Below, piece by piece: positions 50,609 to 59,786 of a DNA stretch of 64,000 nt. Origin of the DNA: Bacteroidota bacterium (GTDB lineage Bacteria > Bacteroidota > Ignavibacteria > Kryptoniales > JAKASW01); NCBI GenBank assembly GCA_023480735.1, contig JAMCXB010000016.1:576-64575 (forward strand), in the 5' to 3' direction. Both the position numbers and the translations under genes were made by a program. The notes beneath the pieces were generated by a model. It saw only the letters and a program-made list of their open reading frames with translations. It did no database searches and had not been told where the DNA came from. How positions within the stretch are numbered: position 1 is the first letter of the stretch; every line of letters begins with the position of its first letter.

Positions 50609-51785
50609 AGAGTTGAATCCCCTCGAACAATGGATCGAGATGGTCACTGTTTGACTTGACGTCTTGGGCACGGAGCCCCAGAACCTCCAGCCTTGCGTAA
50701 GCCGAGTTTGCCTTAGATATCATTTCATCTGCAAGTTTCAGGTTGTTGCTTATCGTGCTTCCAGCCAAATCAGCCGAGATAACTTTCAAGGCTTCCCATG
50801 ATTGCAAAACCTCAGTTGCTCTTTCGGGTTCGCTGCTTTTGCCGGTATAGTACTTATCAGTCTCAAGCTCGTTAAAAATATCGGGAATTGCTTCTGCCCA
50901 AGCATTCAATTCTGTAAATCTTATTCTATTCAGTAGTAATTTGCTAAGATATTTTTGAACAGCTGGCCTGCCTCCGCTTGCACGAGGGGCAAACTGTTCC
51001 AATGAAAAGTTGCGCGAGTTGGAAGCCCATCCTGTGCATCCATAATCAGCCCCGACTGCGCTTAGAAATGGAGAGAATAAGTCAGAGTATCCATTAATTA
51101 TCTCGAATCCATTAATCTTCAGGCTGTAATTTAGCAACATCCACGCAGACAGCACGTCGGGGTGGAAGAGATCTGCACGGGCATCAACCGAGGGCAGAGC
51201 CACAAGTATGTAGAAGCCATCGGGAGGATTGTCGAGCGTGGTAAGATCGTTCAGAAACTCCTGGAACTCACTGTGGTCCATAAAAGCACTCATCGAAACG
51301 GCGAGTGTGGCATAGACTTTTTTTCCGCCCGTTTCGAGGCCCTCCGAGATTGGTTTCGCCAATCTCACGAAATTCTTTGCGACCACAGCGTCGCGTGAAT
51401 CAAATGATCTGCGAATCAAGATATTCGGCGCGATAATTCCGGAAACGCTCAGCCCCCTCTGAAAATCCATTGTTCGTCTCAACTTGTCGGCAATAGCCCT
51501 TTCCGATTCATACCTGCCGATGACGACCGATTCGAAGTAGCTGGAGTACTCTTCCAACTTCCCAATGTTAGCATCAGGATCATTAAGAAGTACTCCAGCG
51601 TAAAGCTGTGGATCGAAGAGAACAACTGCATCATGAAATTCCGCGCGAACGTCGTTGCATCTTTCGATCAACTTATCCGGTTTTATGTCACGTGGGCGAA
51701 AAATCACTCCATCGACGTAACCGGCCTTCAACCCCTCCGAAATCTTCACTGATTCACCAAACCCGTGCTGCGCGAGCATTTTCAT
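50586..51785 (-). CDS. Uncharacterised 399-aa protein, possibly sce7725/beta-family TIM-barrel-like
   Basis: Start overlaps the kinase stop (ATGA). Motifs QHGF, GVIFRPR, LFDPQLY, DGFYI, GYSD, GTGW-like. The family call is tentative. Confidence 0.6.
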   Translation of the reverse strand: MKMLAQHGFGESVKISEGLKAGYVDGVIFRPRDIKPDKLIERCNDVRAEFHDAVVLFDPQLYAGVLLNDPDANIGKLEEYSSYFESVVIGRYESERAIADKLRRTMDFQRGLSVSGIIAPNILIRRSFDSRDAVVAKNFVRLAKPISEGLETGGKKVYATLAVSMSAFMDHSEFQEFLNDLTTLDNPPDGFYILVALPSVDARADLFHPDVLSAWMLLNYSLKINGFEIINGYSDLFSPFLSAVGADYGCTGWASNSRNFSLEQFAPRASGGRPAVQKYLSKLLLNRIRFTELNAWAEAIPDIFNELETDKYYTGKSSEPERATEVLQSWEALKVISADLAGSTISNNLKLADEMISKANSAYARLEVLGLRAQDVKSNSDHLDPLFEGIQLFRKVAEI

Positions 51786-52687
51786 TGCTTTCCCTCCAAT
51801 AAGGAAATTAGTCTATCAATGTTAGATGGACGTAGTGCTGGCAACTTCTTCAAAAGCAAATCCACAGTCTGACAGAAGTTGTCCTGGAGATCTGGGCGCA
51901 GTGTTTTCAGGGGAGCCGGCGTTTGCGATATGATCCTCGAAAGAGTTTGACCCGGCGCTTCCCCGCCTCTCGCAAATGGCTGTATTGCAGTAGCATACTC
52001 ATAAGCGGTTAGTCCGATGGTGTAAAGGTCACTCTTATAATCCAAGGTCGCCCTGAAATTTTGTCGCAACATTTCTGGAGCCAAATAATACAACGACCCC
52101 GGGATATTGACTGGGTTAATCGTTAAGGCCGTTCCCCTTATCGCATACGCTATTCCAAGATCGAGAAGAACAAAGTCCCTTGGACCCGACTCCAACTTAA
52201 TCACATTCAACGGCTTGATGTCTCGATGAACAACTCCTAAAGAAGACCAAAGATCCTTCACTGCGGAAAGTAGGCAAACCATCAACCTCCTTAGTTCTCG
52301 TTCGGAAGGGCGGTGGCCACTCTTGATCAGCGAGTCCAGGTCAGCTCCATCAAGATACTCTTCACTGTAAGCTATGAAATGGGTCTCTTTAATCACGACT
52401 TCTGTGGGAGGTACCTGCCCCAATTTGACAACAAAAGGCGATGGGCAATTGCCCAGAATCGCGATCTCCCTTTGAACTCTCTTGATGTTTTCGTCCTCAA
52501 TCTCATTCCGATCCACCTCATCAGCGCCTTGGCCCTGCGGGATGAACACGAGCTTAAGTGTCTCTTTTACTCCGTTGAGCTTTCCAAAATAAACCGCCTT
52601 GAAACCACCTCGCTTGTGAAATGTCAAATCGATTAAATCCGGGAATGCAGCCCGCACTTCGTTCGCGGGCGGTGCTTCGAAAGTCAT
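51782..52687 (-). CDS. Soluble Hanks-type Ser/Thr protein kinase
   Basis: RGGFKAVY, TLK, REIAIL, HRDIKPLN, DLG, YLAPE, SDLY. No TM or sensor domain. Confidence 0.92.
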   Translation of the reverse strand: MTFEAPPANEVRAAFPDLIDLTFHKRGGFKAVYFGKLNGVKETLKLVFIPQGQGADEVDRNEIEDENIKRVQREIAILGNCPSPFVVKLGQVPPTEVVIKETHFIAYSEEYLDGADLDSLIKSGHRPSERELRRLMVCLLSAVKDLWSSLGVVHRDIKPLNVIKLESGPRDFVLLDLGIAYAIRGTALTINPVNIPGSLYYLAPEMLRQNFRATLDYKSDLYTIGLTAYEYATAIQPFARGGEAPGQTLSRIISQTPAPLKTLRPDLQDNFCQTVDLLLKKLPALRPSNIDRLISLLEGKQ

Positions 52688-52703
52688 TTATTCCTTCCTG
52701 ATT

Positions 52704-55700
52704 TCATTCCAGCTCCATCACCCTTAGGCTCTCAATCCCCCTGTCATCCACGATCTTCACGGCGATGCGCTTGTACTTGCCCGGCTCGAACGGCAAAGAG
52801 ACCGTGCCACGATAAGCATCGATGAGGTCTTCATCAATCTCCGCTTTGAGATTACGGGCCAGCCGTGACCACCCTTCGTTCTCACCTGCCATGGGGAAGA
52901 ATACCTGACGCGGGAAGACACTACGGCCATCGTAGTCGGTGTCCAACAGCCACATCGCTATACGCTCGTTGCCGCCCGACTCGATTGTCCCGGTTTTCGT
53001 GTTGTAGTAATCGAAACCGAGAACTTCTACCTTGTACCTACCTTTATCTTCTCCCGACTTGATGGCGACCAGCTTAACATCCGGCTGGCCGACAAGCCAG
53101 AAGCTGTCGCCGCCGCGCTTCTTCTTCAGGTCGTCCGTCAACAGGTCGGAGTTCATTTGTACTTTCAGGAATGTCATTCCGGCTTTCTTCGGATCGGTCT
53201 CGTCGATGTCCTTTGCCGCTTCAGGATCGAACTGAAACGACGCAAAGACGAGAAGTGCAGGCTTCGGCACAAGCGACCGCGCTTCTTCCCATGCCAGCTC
53301 GACCTGTCGCTGTTCGAGCGGGGCGTGCTCAGGACCAAATGAAATAACGACTCGCTGAGGTTTCGACGCGTCCGGCATATCTTCTCTTACACTCTTTGCC
53401 CCTCTGTCATTCGGTTTTGTCTCAGCCTCTGCATGAAGCCATCGTGTCCCAGCTAACGGTTCAATGCAAGAAAAAAGGATGTACTGCCCCTTCTTTCCAC
53501 GGATACCCGACTTTAAGAGTTCATCTCGCCATTCTCTCTGACGAAGTGTTTCGCCCGTCCTGCTTATGTACGAATCACTCCCGGCAGACTCTCCCCCTTC
53601 GTAAGGGGGAGACAAAGAGGGGGTCGGCTCTGCTATCGGCTTGACTGATGGCGCAGGTACAGCTTCCACCGTAAACGGGCCCGTGACTCTTGTCCTGGAG
53701 TTGTCTGGGAAAGGCTTGTCAAACAGAGTCTCCTGTGCGGGAGGTTCATTATTGGCGATGGATTTAAGTGTGATATGCGGAACGGTCTTATACAAGAATC
53801 CGCTTCCGACACCTTCTTCGGGATGGGCAAGCTCAAAGTAATCAAACACCGAAGTCATGAGCCGCTGTTTTGCAAGTGCTACTGCCACGCGTGAAGTGTC
53901 ACAAGTGATCCAGCGGCGACCCCATTCCTCGGCAACGTAGGCGGTGGTCCCACTGCCACAATTGTGAACAGTGCACACTTCCGTTATGAATGAGTGTGCG
54001 CCCTCGACTTCAAGATCATAGACTTCTTCTACTGTTTGTCCAATTCTGACCTCGGCAAGCACAACGGGATGCAGTTCAATACCGGCAAAGACCATGTCTC
54101 CCACTGCAAGGTTACCCGCATAACGCCATTGTTTAGAAGGATCCTCTTGCAATACCTGCTCACGCGTTGCTTCATAGATTGCATCCAACACCCTATCAGG
54201 CTCTTTTAAAACCTCCGATGCAGCAAATCGCAAAACCTTCAGGCCGAGAGAGTGCATATACTCATCTCTGACCCGGTCATGCTCGATTGCTTCCTCTGTC
54301 TCACGATGCTGTGCCCCATCAACTTCCAATACAAGCCCTGCATCGCGTGTGTAGAAATCAGTGATGTATGGTCCAATCGGATGCTGGCGTCGGAACTTTA
54401 CGCCAATCTGATTTGATCGAATCCGCTTCCAGAGAATACGCTCAGGTGGAGTCATCTCTCTTCTGAATTCTCTGGCACGTTCAAAGTGACTCACCGGAAT
54501 TCCGCTCCAGCCGCCGTGTTTACTGAGATGCTGTACTCTACGGTTTGATAAGACGAGATGATCTTCTGTGAGCCAGAGCATCCCTGTTGAACCTTCGGAT
54601 CTCAGGCCAATCATGGGGCCGGCATATTGCCGTTTGATTACACGGGTGACTTTGTGAAGCTGACCATCATGTGAGAATACCTTGTCGCCTGGGACAATAT
54701 CTTCGATTGATTTCCAGCCCCCTATCATCCCCCCGCTCGCGGGGGGACAAAGGGAGGTAGAACCCGTCAACACACGCGTTCCCTTCCTCACGCAAGTTGG
54801 ATCAAAAACAAGATCGCCCGGGTCGGTAGTCATGAGAAGACAGCGAGCGATAACCAGTTCCGAAGTCTGCACGACATAGCTCTTTCCCTGAACTGGTGAC
54901 GTGTCGTCCCAAAAGTTTGTGATTTTAGAGTATGGGAAATCATCATGGAAGTAAACGTAGCTTAGGTTGTCACCCTCGGCCTCCAGTCGTTTTGAATCGG
55001 CTAAAGTCTGCATCTTTTCCCTGGTCGTCACCCAGCAGCCTCCAACTGGCGGTTTGAAGGTCCGCCCATTAAACCTAAAGTCGTAGACATTTGACTCAGA
55101 AAAAGAAGGAGCTCTTTGAGATACAAGCCTGAACACTCTTGAACCAGGTGGCAGTAGATCAAAGTTGTCTGCCTCTTCTTTACTCAGTTTTTTGCGTGTC
55201 CTATCCGGTAACTCCACGTTAGTCCAGCGCGACGTAAATTTCGGTAGGGACATGCGATAGAGTTGTCTGAACTTGATTTGCTCAATATCCTTAGCATAGA
55301 ACAGAAGGTAGTCCATCATCCCTTCGATAACCTTTGCGCCTAAAGGCATTAACTTTTTGCGAAACGGTATTATCTGGCAGAAATTCTTTTCACCGAATAC
55401 TTCATCCATCAACTCGCGTACATGGTGAATGTTCTCATCCGAAATCTGCACAAACACACTTCCGCTCTCGCTCAGCAGTTCTCGTGCAAGCAGAAGCCTG
55501 TCGCGGAGATAAGTGAGGTACGAATGAATCCCAAGTTCCCACGTATCGCGGAAAGCCTTTATCATTTCCGGCTCAGCCGTAAGGTTTTCGTCCTTGCCAT
55601 CTTTCACATCGCGCTTGTTGACGAAAGGCTGGAAGTTGGAGCCGTACTTTATCCCGTAGGGCGGGTCGAAGTAAATCATCTGTACCTGCCCGCCGAGTCC

Positions 55701-56156
55701 CTCCTTTTCCAGAAGGGAATTCATGACGAGGAGCGAGTCGCCGGCGATGAGCCTGTTGCTCCAGTTGTGCTGGTGCTTATAAAAGTCTATCGCATCCCTG
55801 AGCGGCGGGTTCTCTTCCCTTGAGCTGAACAGCGAGAGCTGCTCATAGTTCGAGCCGTTCTTCTTTCGGACCGCTTCGATTATGCTGCGAGGATCAATTC
55901 TCTCGTGAACATGAAGTGAGACGGTAGGTATTTCAAATGAGGTGTGTTCTGCCTTCCCGGCCCAGACAAACTGCGGATCTAAGTGCGGGTCATACTTGTA
56001 GGTCTTCTTCGGCAGTTCGGCTTTCATATCCGGGTCGGTGTCGGCGTTGACTAACCCCACCGGCGGGTTGTTAAGCCGCTGTTTGCCCTTGTGCTCGTAC
56101 TGTTCGACTGGACGCTTCTTAGGCGTAGGCTTTCCGGCTTTCTTAGATTTTGCCAT
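52704..56156 (-). CDS. Type III-like DNA methyltransferase (Mod, beta class) containing an intein
   Basis: NRLIAGDSL, DPPY, and FDPT|CGSGTT motif I split by the intein. Confidence 0.92.
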   Translation of the reverse strand: MAKSKKAGKPTPKKRPVEQYEHKGKQRLNNPPVGLVNADTDPDMKAELPKKTYKYDPHLDPQFVWAGKAEHTSFEIPTVSLHVHERIDPRSIIEAVRKKNGSNYEQLSLFSSREENPPLRDAIDFYKHQHNWSNRLIAGDSLLVMNSLLEKEGLGGQVQMIYFDPPYGIKYGSNFQPFVNKRDVKDGKDENLTAEPEMIKAFRDTWELGIHSYLTYLRDRLLLARELLSESGSVFVQISDENIHHVRELMDEVFGEKNFCQIIPFRKKLMPLGAKVIEGMMDYLLFYAKDIEQIKFRQLYRMSLPKFTSRWTNVELPDRTRKKLSKEEADNFDLLPPGSRVFRLVSQRAPSFSESNVYDFRFNGRTFKPPVGGCWVTTREKMQTLADSKRLEAEGDNLSYVYFHDDFPYSKITNFWDDTSPVQGKSYVVQTSELVIARCLLMTTDPGDLVFDPTCVRKGTRVLTGSTSLCPPASGGMIGGWKSIEDIVPGDKVFSHDGQLHKVTRVIKRQYAGPMIGLRSEGSTGMLWLTEDHLVLSNRRVQHLSKHGGWSGIPVSHFERAREFRREMTPPERILWKRIRSNQIGVKFRRQHPIGPYITDFYTRDAGLVLEVDGAQHRETEEAIEHDRVRDEYMHSLGLKVLRFAASEVLKEPDRVLDAIYEATREQVLQEDPSKQWRYAGNLAVGDMVFAGIELHPVVLAEVRIGQTVEEVYDLEVEGAHSFITEVCTVHNCGSGTTAYVAEEWGRRWITCDTSRVAVALAKQRLMTSVFDYFELAHPEEGVGSGFLYKTVPHITLKSIANNEPPAQETLFDKPFPDNSRTRVTGPFTVEAVPAPSVKPIAEPTPSLSPPYEGGESAGSDSYISRTGETLRQREWRDELLKSGIRGKKGQYILFSCIEPLAGTRWLHAEAETKPNDRGAKSVREDMPDASKPQRVVISFGPEHAPLEQRQVELAWEEARSLVPKPALLVFASFQFDPEAAKDIDETDPKKAGMTFLKVQMNSDLLTDDLKKKRGGDSFWLVGQPDVKLVAIKSGEDKGRYKVEVLGFDYYNTKTGTIESGGNERIAMWLLDTDYDGRSVFPRQVFFPMAGENEGWSRLARNLKAEIDEDLIDAYRGTVSLPFEPGKYKRIAVKIVDDRGIESLRVMELE
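53590..53624. repeat. GC-rich palindromic element in frame within mod
   Basis: TCTCCCCCTT-CGT-AAGGGGGAGA followed by CAAAGAGGGGGT; encodes TPSLSPPYEGGE. Confidence 0.7.
53961..54794 (-). mobile_element. 278-aa intein with an internal DUF559 (Vsr-like) endonuclease domain
   Basis: Begins CVRKGTRV; block B LTEDH; ends VYDLEVEGAHSFITEVCTVHN with Cys at +1. Internal ARE.RREMTPPERILW..KFRRQHPIGPYITDF..LEVDGAQH..DRVRD. Confidence 0.92.
54728..54758. repeat. GC-rich palindromic element in frame within the intein
   Basis: TCCCCCCGC-TC-GCGGGGGGA followed by CAAAGGGAGGT; same architecture as 53590-53624. Confidence 0.7.
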
Positions 56157-56408
56157 CTTGCGTGGAGTCCCTGTTTACTGTCAGAAAAGGAATGGCGATT
56201 TTTCCCACCTGATCGTTTGCCTGCCCACCTGAATCTAATGCATCCTCAATACAGAAGCCGTCGTTCATCTCCAACCTTGTGTCAGTGCCCTTCGCGTTTC
56301 TGTTGATGGAATATAAAGCCCCTTTTCCGTCAATCAAAATAATCACCGTCTCTCAAAACGGAGGTCTCATAAAATCAACAAACCCCATCTGGTTTTCGCT
56401 CTCTCTAA

Positions 56409-56586
56409 GCCGTCGGTTTATAACCGATGCCGTTGAATGCCTTTCGCCGCCCGTCGAACGTGCGAAGCGCGCGTGGCCATCGCCATCCGTTCGAAACGGA
56501 CGGCTCTCCGTTTCACAAAACCCCGTAAACGGGGTTTCGCGATTCGTCCAAGGCGTCCATTTATAATGGATGCCTTGGACGAATCG
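56409..56586. repeat. REP-like palindromes downstream of tnpA
   Basis: GCCGTCGGTT-TAT-AACCGATGCC at 56409-31, an AAACCCCGTAAACGGGGTTT hairpin, and a palindrome with 22-bp arms at 56540-56586. Confidence 0.8.
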
Positions 56587-56627
56587 ATGCTGCGGGTAAC
56601 CGATGCCAAATCGAAGGCCATGCGACT

Positions 56628-57050
56628 TCATATTTCGTAATCTTCATTGACCGAATGATCCCGATGGTGTTCCACTTGACGGCGTATATACTCTCCGACC
56701 GACTTAACAGCCGATGGACCCACCGAAATCACGCCGAATCCGTCCTGCCAATACAGACTTCTAACGGGATCGCCCTGAAGTGTAACATGATTCACAAAAT
56801 GCGAGGAGGATCCCTTCAACTCCTTTGCAATATCCGATGCTGCAAGTGTGGGTGGTGATTTCAGGAGAACATGCATATGGTCTTCGGGTCCGTTCGCCTC
56901 AATTATCTCCAGGTTCAATTCCTTCGCTTTCGCGGCAAACACTCCTATCACGGCCCTTTTAATTTCTTCGTCCATTATGGCCACCCGGTTCTTGGTCGTC
57001 CACACGTAATGAAGAAATATCCGGCTGTATGTGCCACCTCTCTTCGCCAT
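56628..57050 (-). mobile_element. tnpA: IS200/IS605-family Y1 HUH transposase (RAYT-like, no tnpB)
   Basis: HYVWTTKNR, DHMH (HUH), KGSSS, WQDGFG, YIRRQ. ATG 57050 after GGAGG. Confidence 0.92.
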
Positions 57051-57082
57051 TTCATTCCTCCTTGTTTGACGATCATCCACCG

Positions 57083-57141
57083 TACGAAACCCCCCTTGGG
57101 GTTTCGTGATTTGTCCAAGGCGTCCATTTATAATGGATGCC
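57083..57141. repeat. REP-like palindrome pair upstream of tnpA
   Basis: ACGAAACCCC..GGGGTTTCGT followed by GTCCAAGGCGTCCATTTATAATGGATGCC; a direct repeat of about 56514-56574. Confidence 0.8.
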
Positions 57142-57171
57142 GACGCGCCGATGACATACCCATGCCGGGTG

Positions 57172-57972
57172 TCAATCTGCGCTCCTCATCTGCACAAACT
57201 CACTATATAATTTACGACCGAGACTATCATTATATAGCGGCGTCACCCTTGCCTGAAACCCCTGGCTGTACACATCGTCAAAAGAAGTCACATCGTACCC
57301 CACGCGGTACTTCTCGATGATGTGTTTCAACTGCTTTATGTCGAAGTCGTAAACAGAAAAACCGTACAACAGCAGGACATCATTCCTACGGTCCGCTTGC
57401 GTGACTATCATCAGCATGTAGTAGTCACCTGTCGTGAATCCTTTGAGGTGGCCAAGCGAGTAGTCCAAGACCTCCTTATAAAGGTCCCGGTCTATAATGT
57501 TGGGTTTTCCCGACAGGCGAATCTGAGAGAAGATCTCGTCCTGAAACCTTGCGACCTCTTCCTCTTCTTTCGTTGACATCGTGGGAGTGAACACCAGCTG
57601 GGCCTGCCAGTTTTCCCCGGGTTGAATGGTGACCTCTCCCAATGGAAGGTCAAGTGGTCTCCCCCCTTCACGGGCATTAGAATAATCGCGTATTGACGTG
57701 GCTGTGAGGACCTGCTTCGGACCGGTGGAATCCTTCTTTGCTATATACAGGCGGATCTTCTCAATCCTTCCGGGCGCATCTCCCTGGTTGAAAGCCTGCA
57801 CAAAGCAGTATGCGAACAGGTATCCGAACCGGTGACTGATAACCGGGCGGGAGGGAAGGGTAATGACTATTCCGGGTTTAGAAAAATAGGTATGCAACGG
57901 CGGAAACTGTGACAGCACCAGCGCCAGAACAGAAACTACCACCGCCACGATCGTCTCGATTCTATGCCACAT
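57172..57972 (-). CDS. Hypothetical protein with N-terminal TM/signal segment
   Basis: 266-aa ORF with GGAGG RBS and hydrophobic N-terminus. Confidence 0.7.
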   Translation of the reverse strand: MWHRIETIVAVVVSVLALVLSQFPPLHTYFSKPGIVITLPSRPVISHRFGYLFAYCFVQAFNQGDAPGRIEKIRLYIAKKDSTGPKQVLTATSIRDYSNAREGGRPLDLPLGEVTIQPGENWQAQLVFTPTMSTKEEEEVARFQDEIFSQIRLSGKPNIIDRDLYKEVLDYSLGHLKGFTTGDYYMLMIVTQADRRNDVLLLYGFSVYDFDIKQLKHIIEKYRVGYDVTSFDDVYSQGFQARVTPLYNDSLGRKLYSEFVQMRSAD

Positions 57973-58214
57973 GGTTTTAAACCTCCTACTCTCGCTTCAT
58001 TTGGGCACCTGAGTTATCCCACGCAGCGCCGGTAGGCTTGGAAGACCGTTGAGCGAGTTCGCCAAGCTTGCTCCTCTTTTCCGCCGAGCGCCACGCCGGG
58101 AATGATCGCGAGGAAAGCGCTCGGGAGTAAGTTTCGAGACACACCGCGAGATGTTTGCAGCTGCACATCACTTTTCCTCACAAAACCATCTTACTGCTTA
58201 CTCCTCACTCCTTG

Positions 58215-58634
58215 CTACTCCTTTCCGCTTTCTAACGCCATGATGCGGTCGAACTGATCGGACACAACCGCCTTCGAGTTTGTGACGAAAGCCGCACCAA
58301 GTTTTCCCTCCGATTCCCACCTTGTGAGAAAACCGAAAAACGATGCCTTCGTCGTATCCATCATTATGTTGTACTGCGCCACGGTCTCCTCGTTGTGCGG
58401 GAGCCCCTTCGCGTATTCATAGGCTTTGGCAAACTCGAGCTTGATTGCATCCACATCCGGTTTGGACCACTCAAAGGGCCCCGTAGCCTTGTCCATGAGC
58501 AGAAGGGCATCGACTTTCAGCGACACACTTTGCTCGTACGCCCGCTGGTTGAACACCGCGGACGAAAAAGAACACCCGGCAACAATGATCACGACCATCG
58601 CCAGGCTTGAAATCTTCATACAAATAGCCTTCAT
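58215..58634 (-). CDS. Putative lipoprotein
   Basis: Lipobox IVAGC after a hydrophobic stretch. Confidence 0.75.
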   Translation of the reverse strand: MKAICMKISSLAMVVIIVAGCSFSSAVFNQRAYEQSVSLKVDALLLMDKATGPFEWSKPDVDAIKLEFAKAYEYAKGLPHNEETVAQYNIMMDTTKASFFGFLTRWESEGKLGAAFVTNSKAVVSDQFDRIMALESGKE

Positions 58635-58766
58635 CTCTGCATCCTTTTCTTGGAGGATGTCCAGGCGGCGGCAGTCGCCTCCGACGCGCCAGCTCGAACC
58701 GCCTGCACATCCGCCGCTCTAGGGAACGCTCCGGTGGTTGATGTGCAATTGCTTCCTGCCGCCGGC

Positions 58767-59462
58767 TCACACACCGGGTTGCGGCGTGTCGCCGTTGGTC
58801 GGCTTCGAACGTGTGGCAGCAATGTCTTTGATCACGCGCGCGGCCACATACTCAGCGACAAAGTCCGGGTTCTCTGACTTTTTTCTCTTCACCAGCTTGT
58901 CCATCTGCCTTACGAGGATCCTGTCGCCGCGGGAGAACAATTCGTCAATTGTTTCCCGCTGACCTTCCTGGTTCGTCCTTGTCGAATCCCTCCTGTCGAG
59001 CGAATCCTTGTAAGATTTGATTGCAGCACGAGCTTCGGTTATGTCCACGTCTGATATGCCCCACTCGACCAGGTCGGTCTTGTGCTCTTCAACGAGGTCT
59101 GTCAGGGAGGTTGCGTATGCCGCCCGTTCGGCATCACGCTTGCGGTCGATGTCGGACTCCGATACATCCGACTTGTGCATAAGCTCCTCGTCATCTCTTT
59201 CCGCGGCAAAACTGTGCAGGCTTCCTACCAGCGAGGCAATAGTTTCAGTCATGTTTCCGCCGGCCTTTAGCTTCGCCTTGGTTTCGCCATAAGTTCCTTT
59301 GTCTACCTCTTCAGATTTCGCCTGAATTGCCCCGACCACCGATCTGAACGATTCGACCAGGGTTACAAGCGCGGGTATCGTCGCGACGACAGCCGCAAAC
59401 TTGTCCAATACAGCGAGCACGACGAGGTACATACCCAGTTTGTTAATATGTGGGTTTGTCAT
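58767..59462 (-). CDS. Hypothetical all-helical protein (231 aa)
   Basis: ATG 59462 follows CAGGAG. The longer 445-aa ORF extension looks non-coding. Confidence 0.7.
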   Translation of the reverse strand: MTNPHINKLGMYLVVLAVLDKFAAVVATIPALVTLVESFRSVVGAIQAKSEEVDKGTYGETKAKLKAGGNMTETIASLVGSLHSFAAERDDEELMHKSDVSESDIDRKRDAERAAYATSLTDLVEEHKTDLVEWGISDVDITEARAAIKSYKDSLDRRDSTRTNQEGQRETIDELFSRGDRILVRQMDKLVKRKKSENPDFVAEYVAARVIKDIAATRSKPTNGDTPQPGV

Positions 59463-59618
59463 GGTTATTCTCCTGTTTTTAATTGAGACTGTGTTCTTCG
59501 GAAGCGTTCCGATGGAATGGAAACCCGTTCTATTTCTTGCCCGACGGGGTAACCCGTCACTACATGCGCGTGGAGTAATTGACCCCCTTTCCTCTGGCTG
59601 CTCGTGTGGAAGACGCGG

Positions 59619-59786
59619 GGTCCTTTGCATGACTTTTGGCGTGCTCCGCATCAGATTAGAAACGCTCTGCATCACACCTGAATCGCTTCGCATGAGATGA
59701 GAAGTACTTTGCATCATATTGGAATCGCTTTGCACGACGTGAGAAGTGCTCTGCATCACACTGGATTCATTTCGCACGGATCGACG
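59619..59786. repeat. Degenerate 21-bp tandem array, about 8 units
   Basis: GCA(T/C) core at 59627, 59648, 59669, 59690, 59711, 59732, 59753 and 59774. Confidence 0.85.

Noticed and set aside
56143-56346. 67-aa ORF overlapping the mod start as a controller protein
   Set aside because: No HTH or C-protein features and a weak start context.
59619-59786. 21-bp array as a CRISPR
   Set aside because: The period is too short and there is no repeat/unique-spacer alternation.
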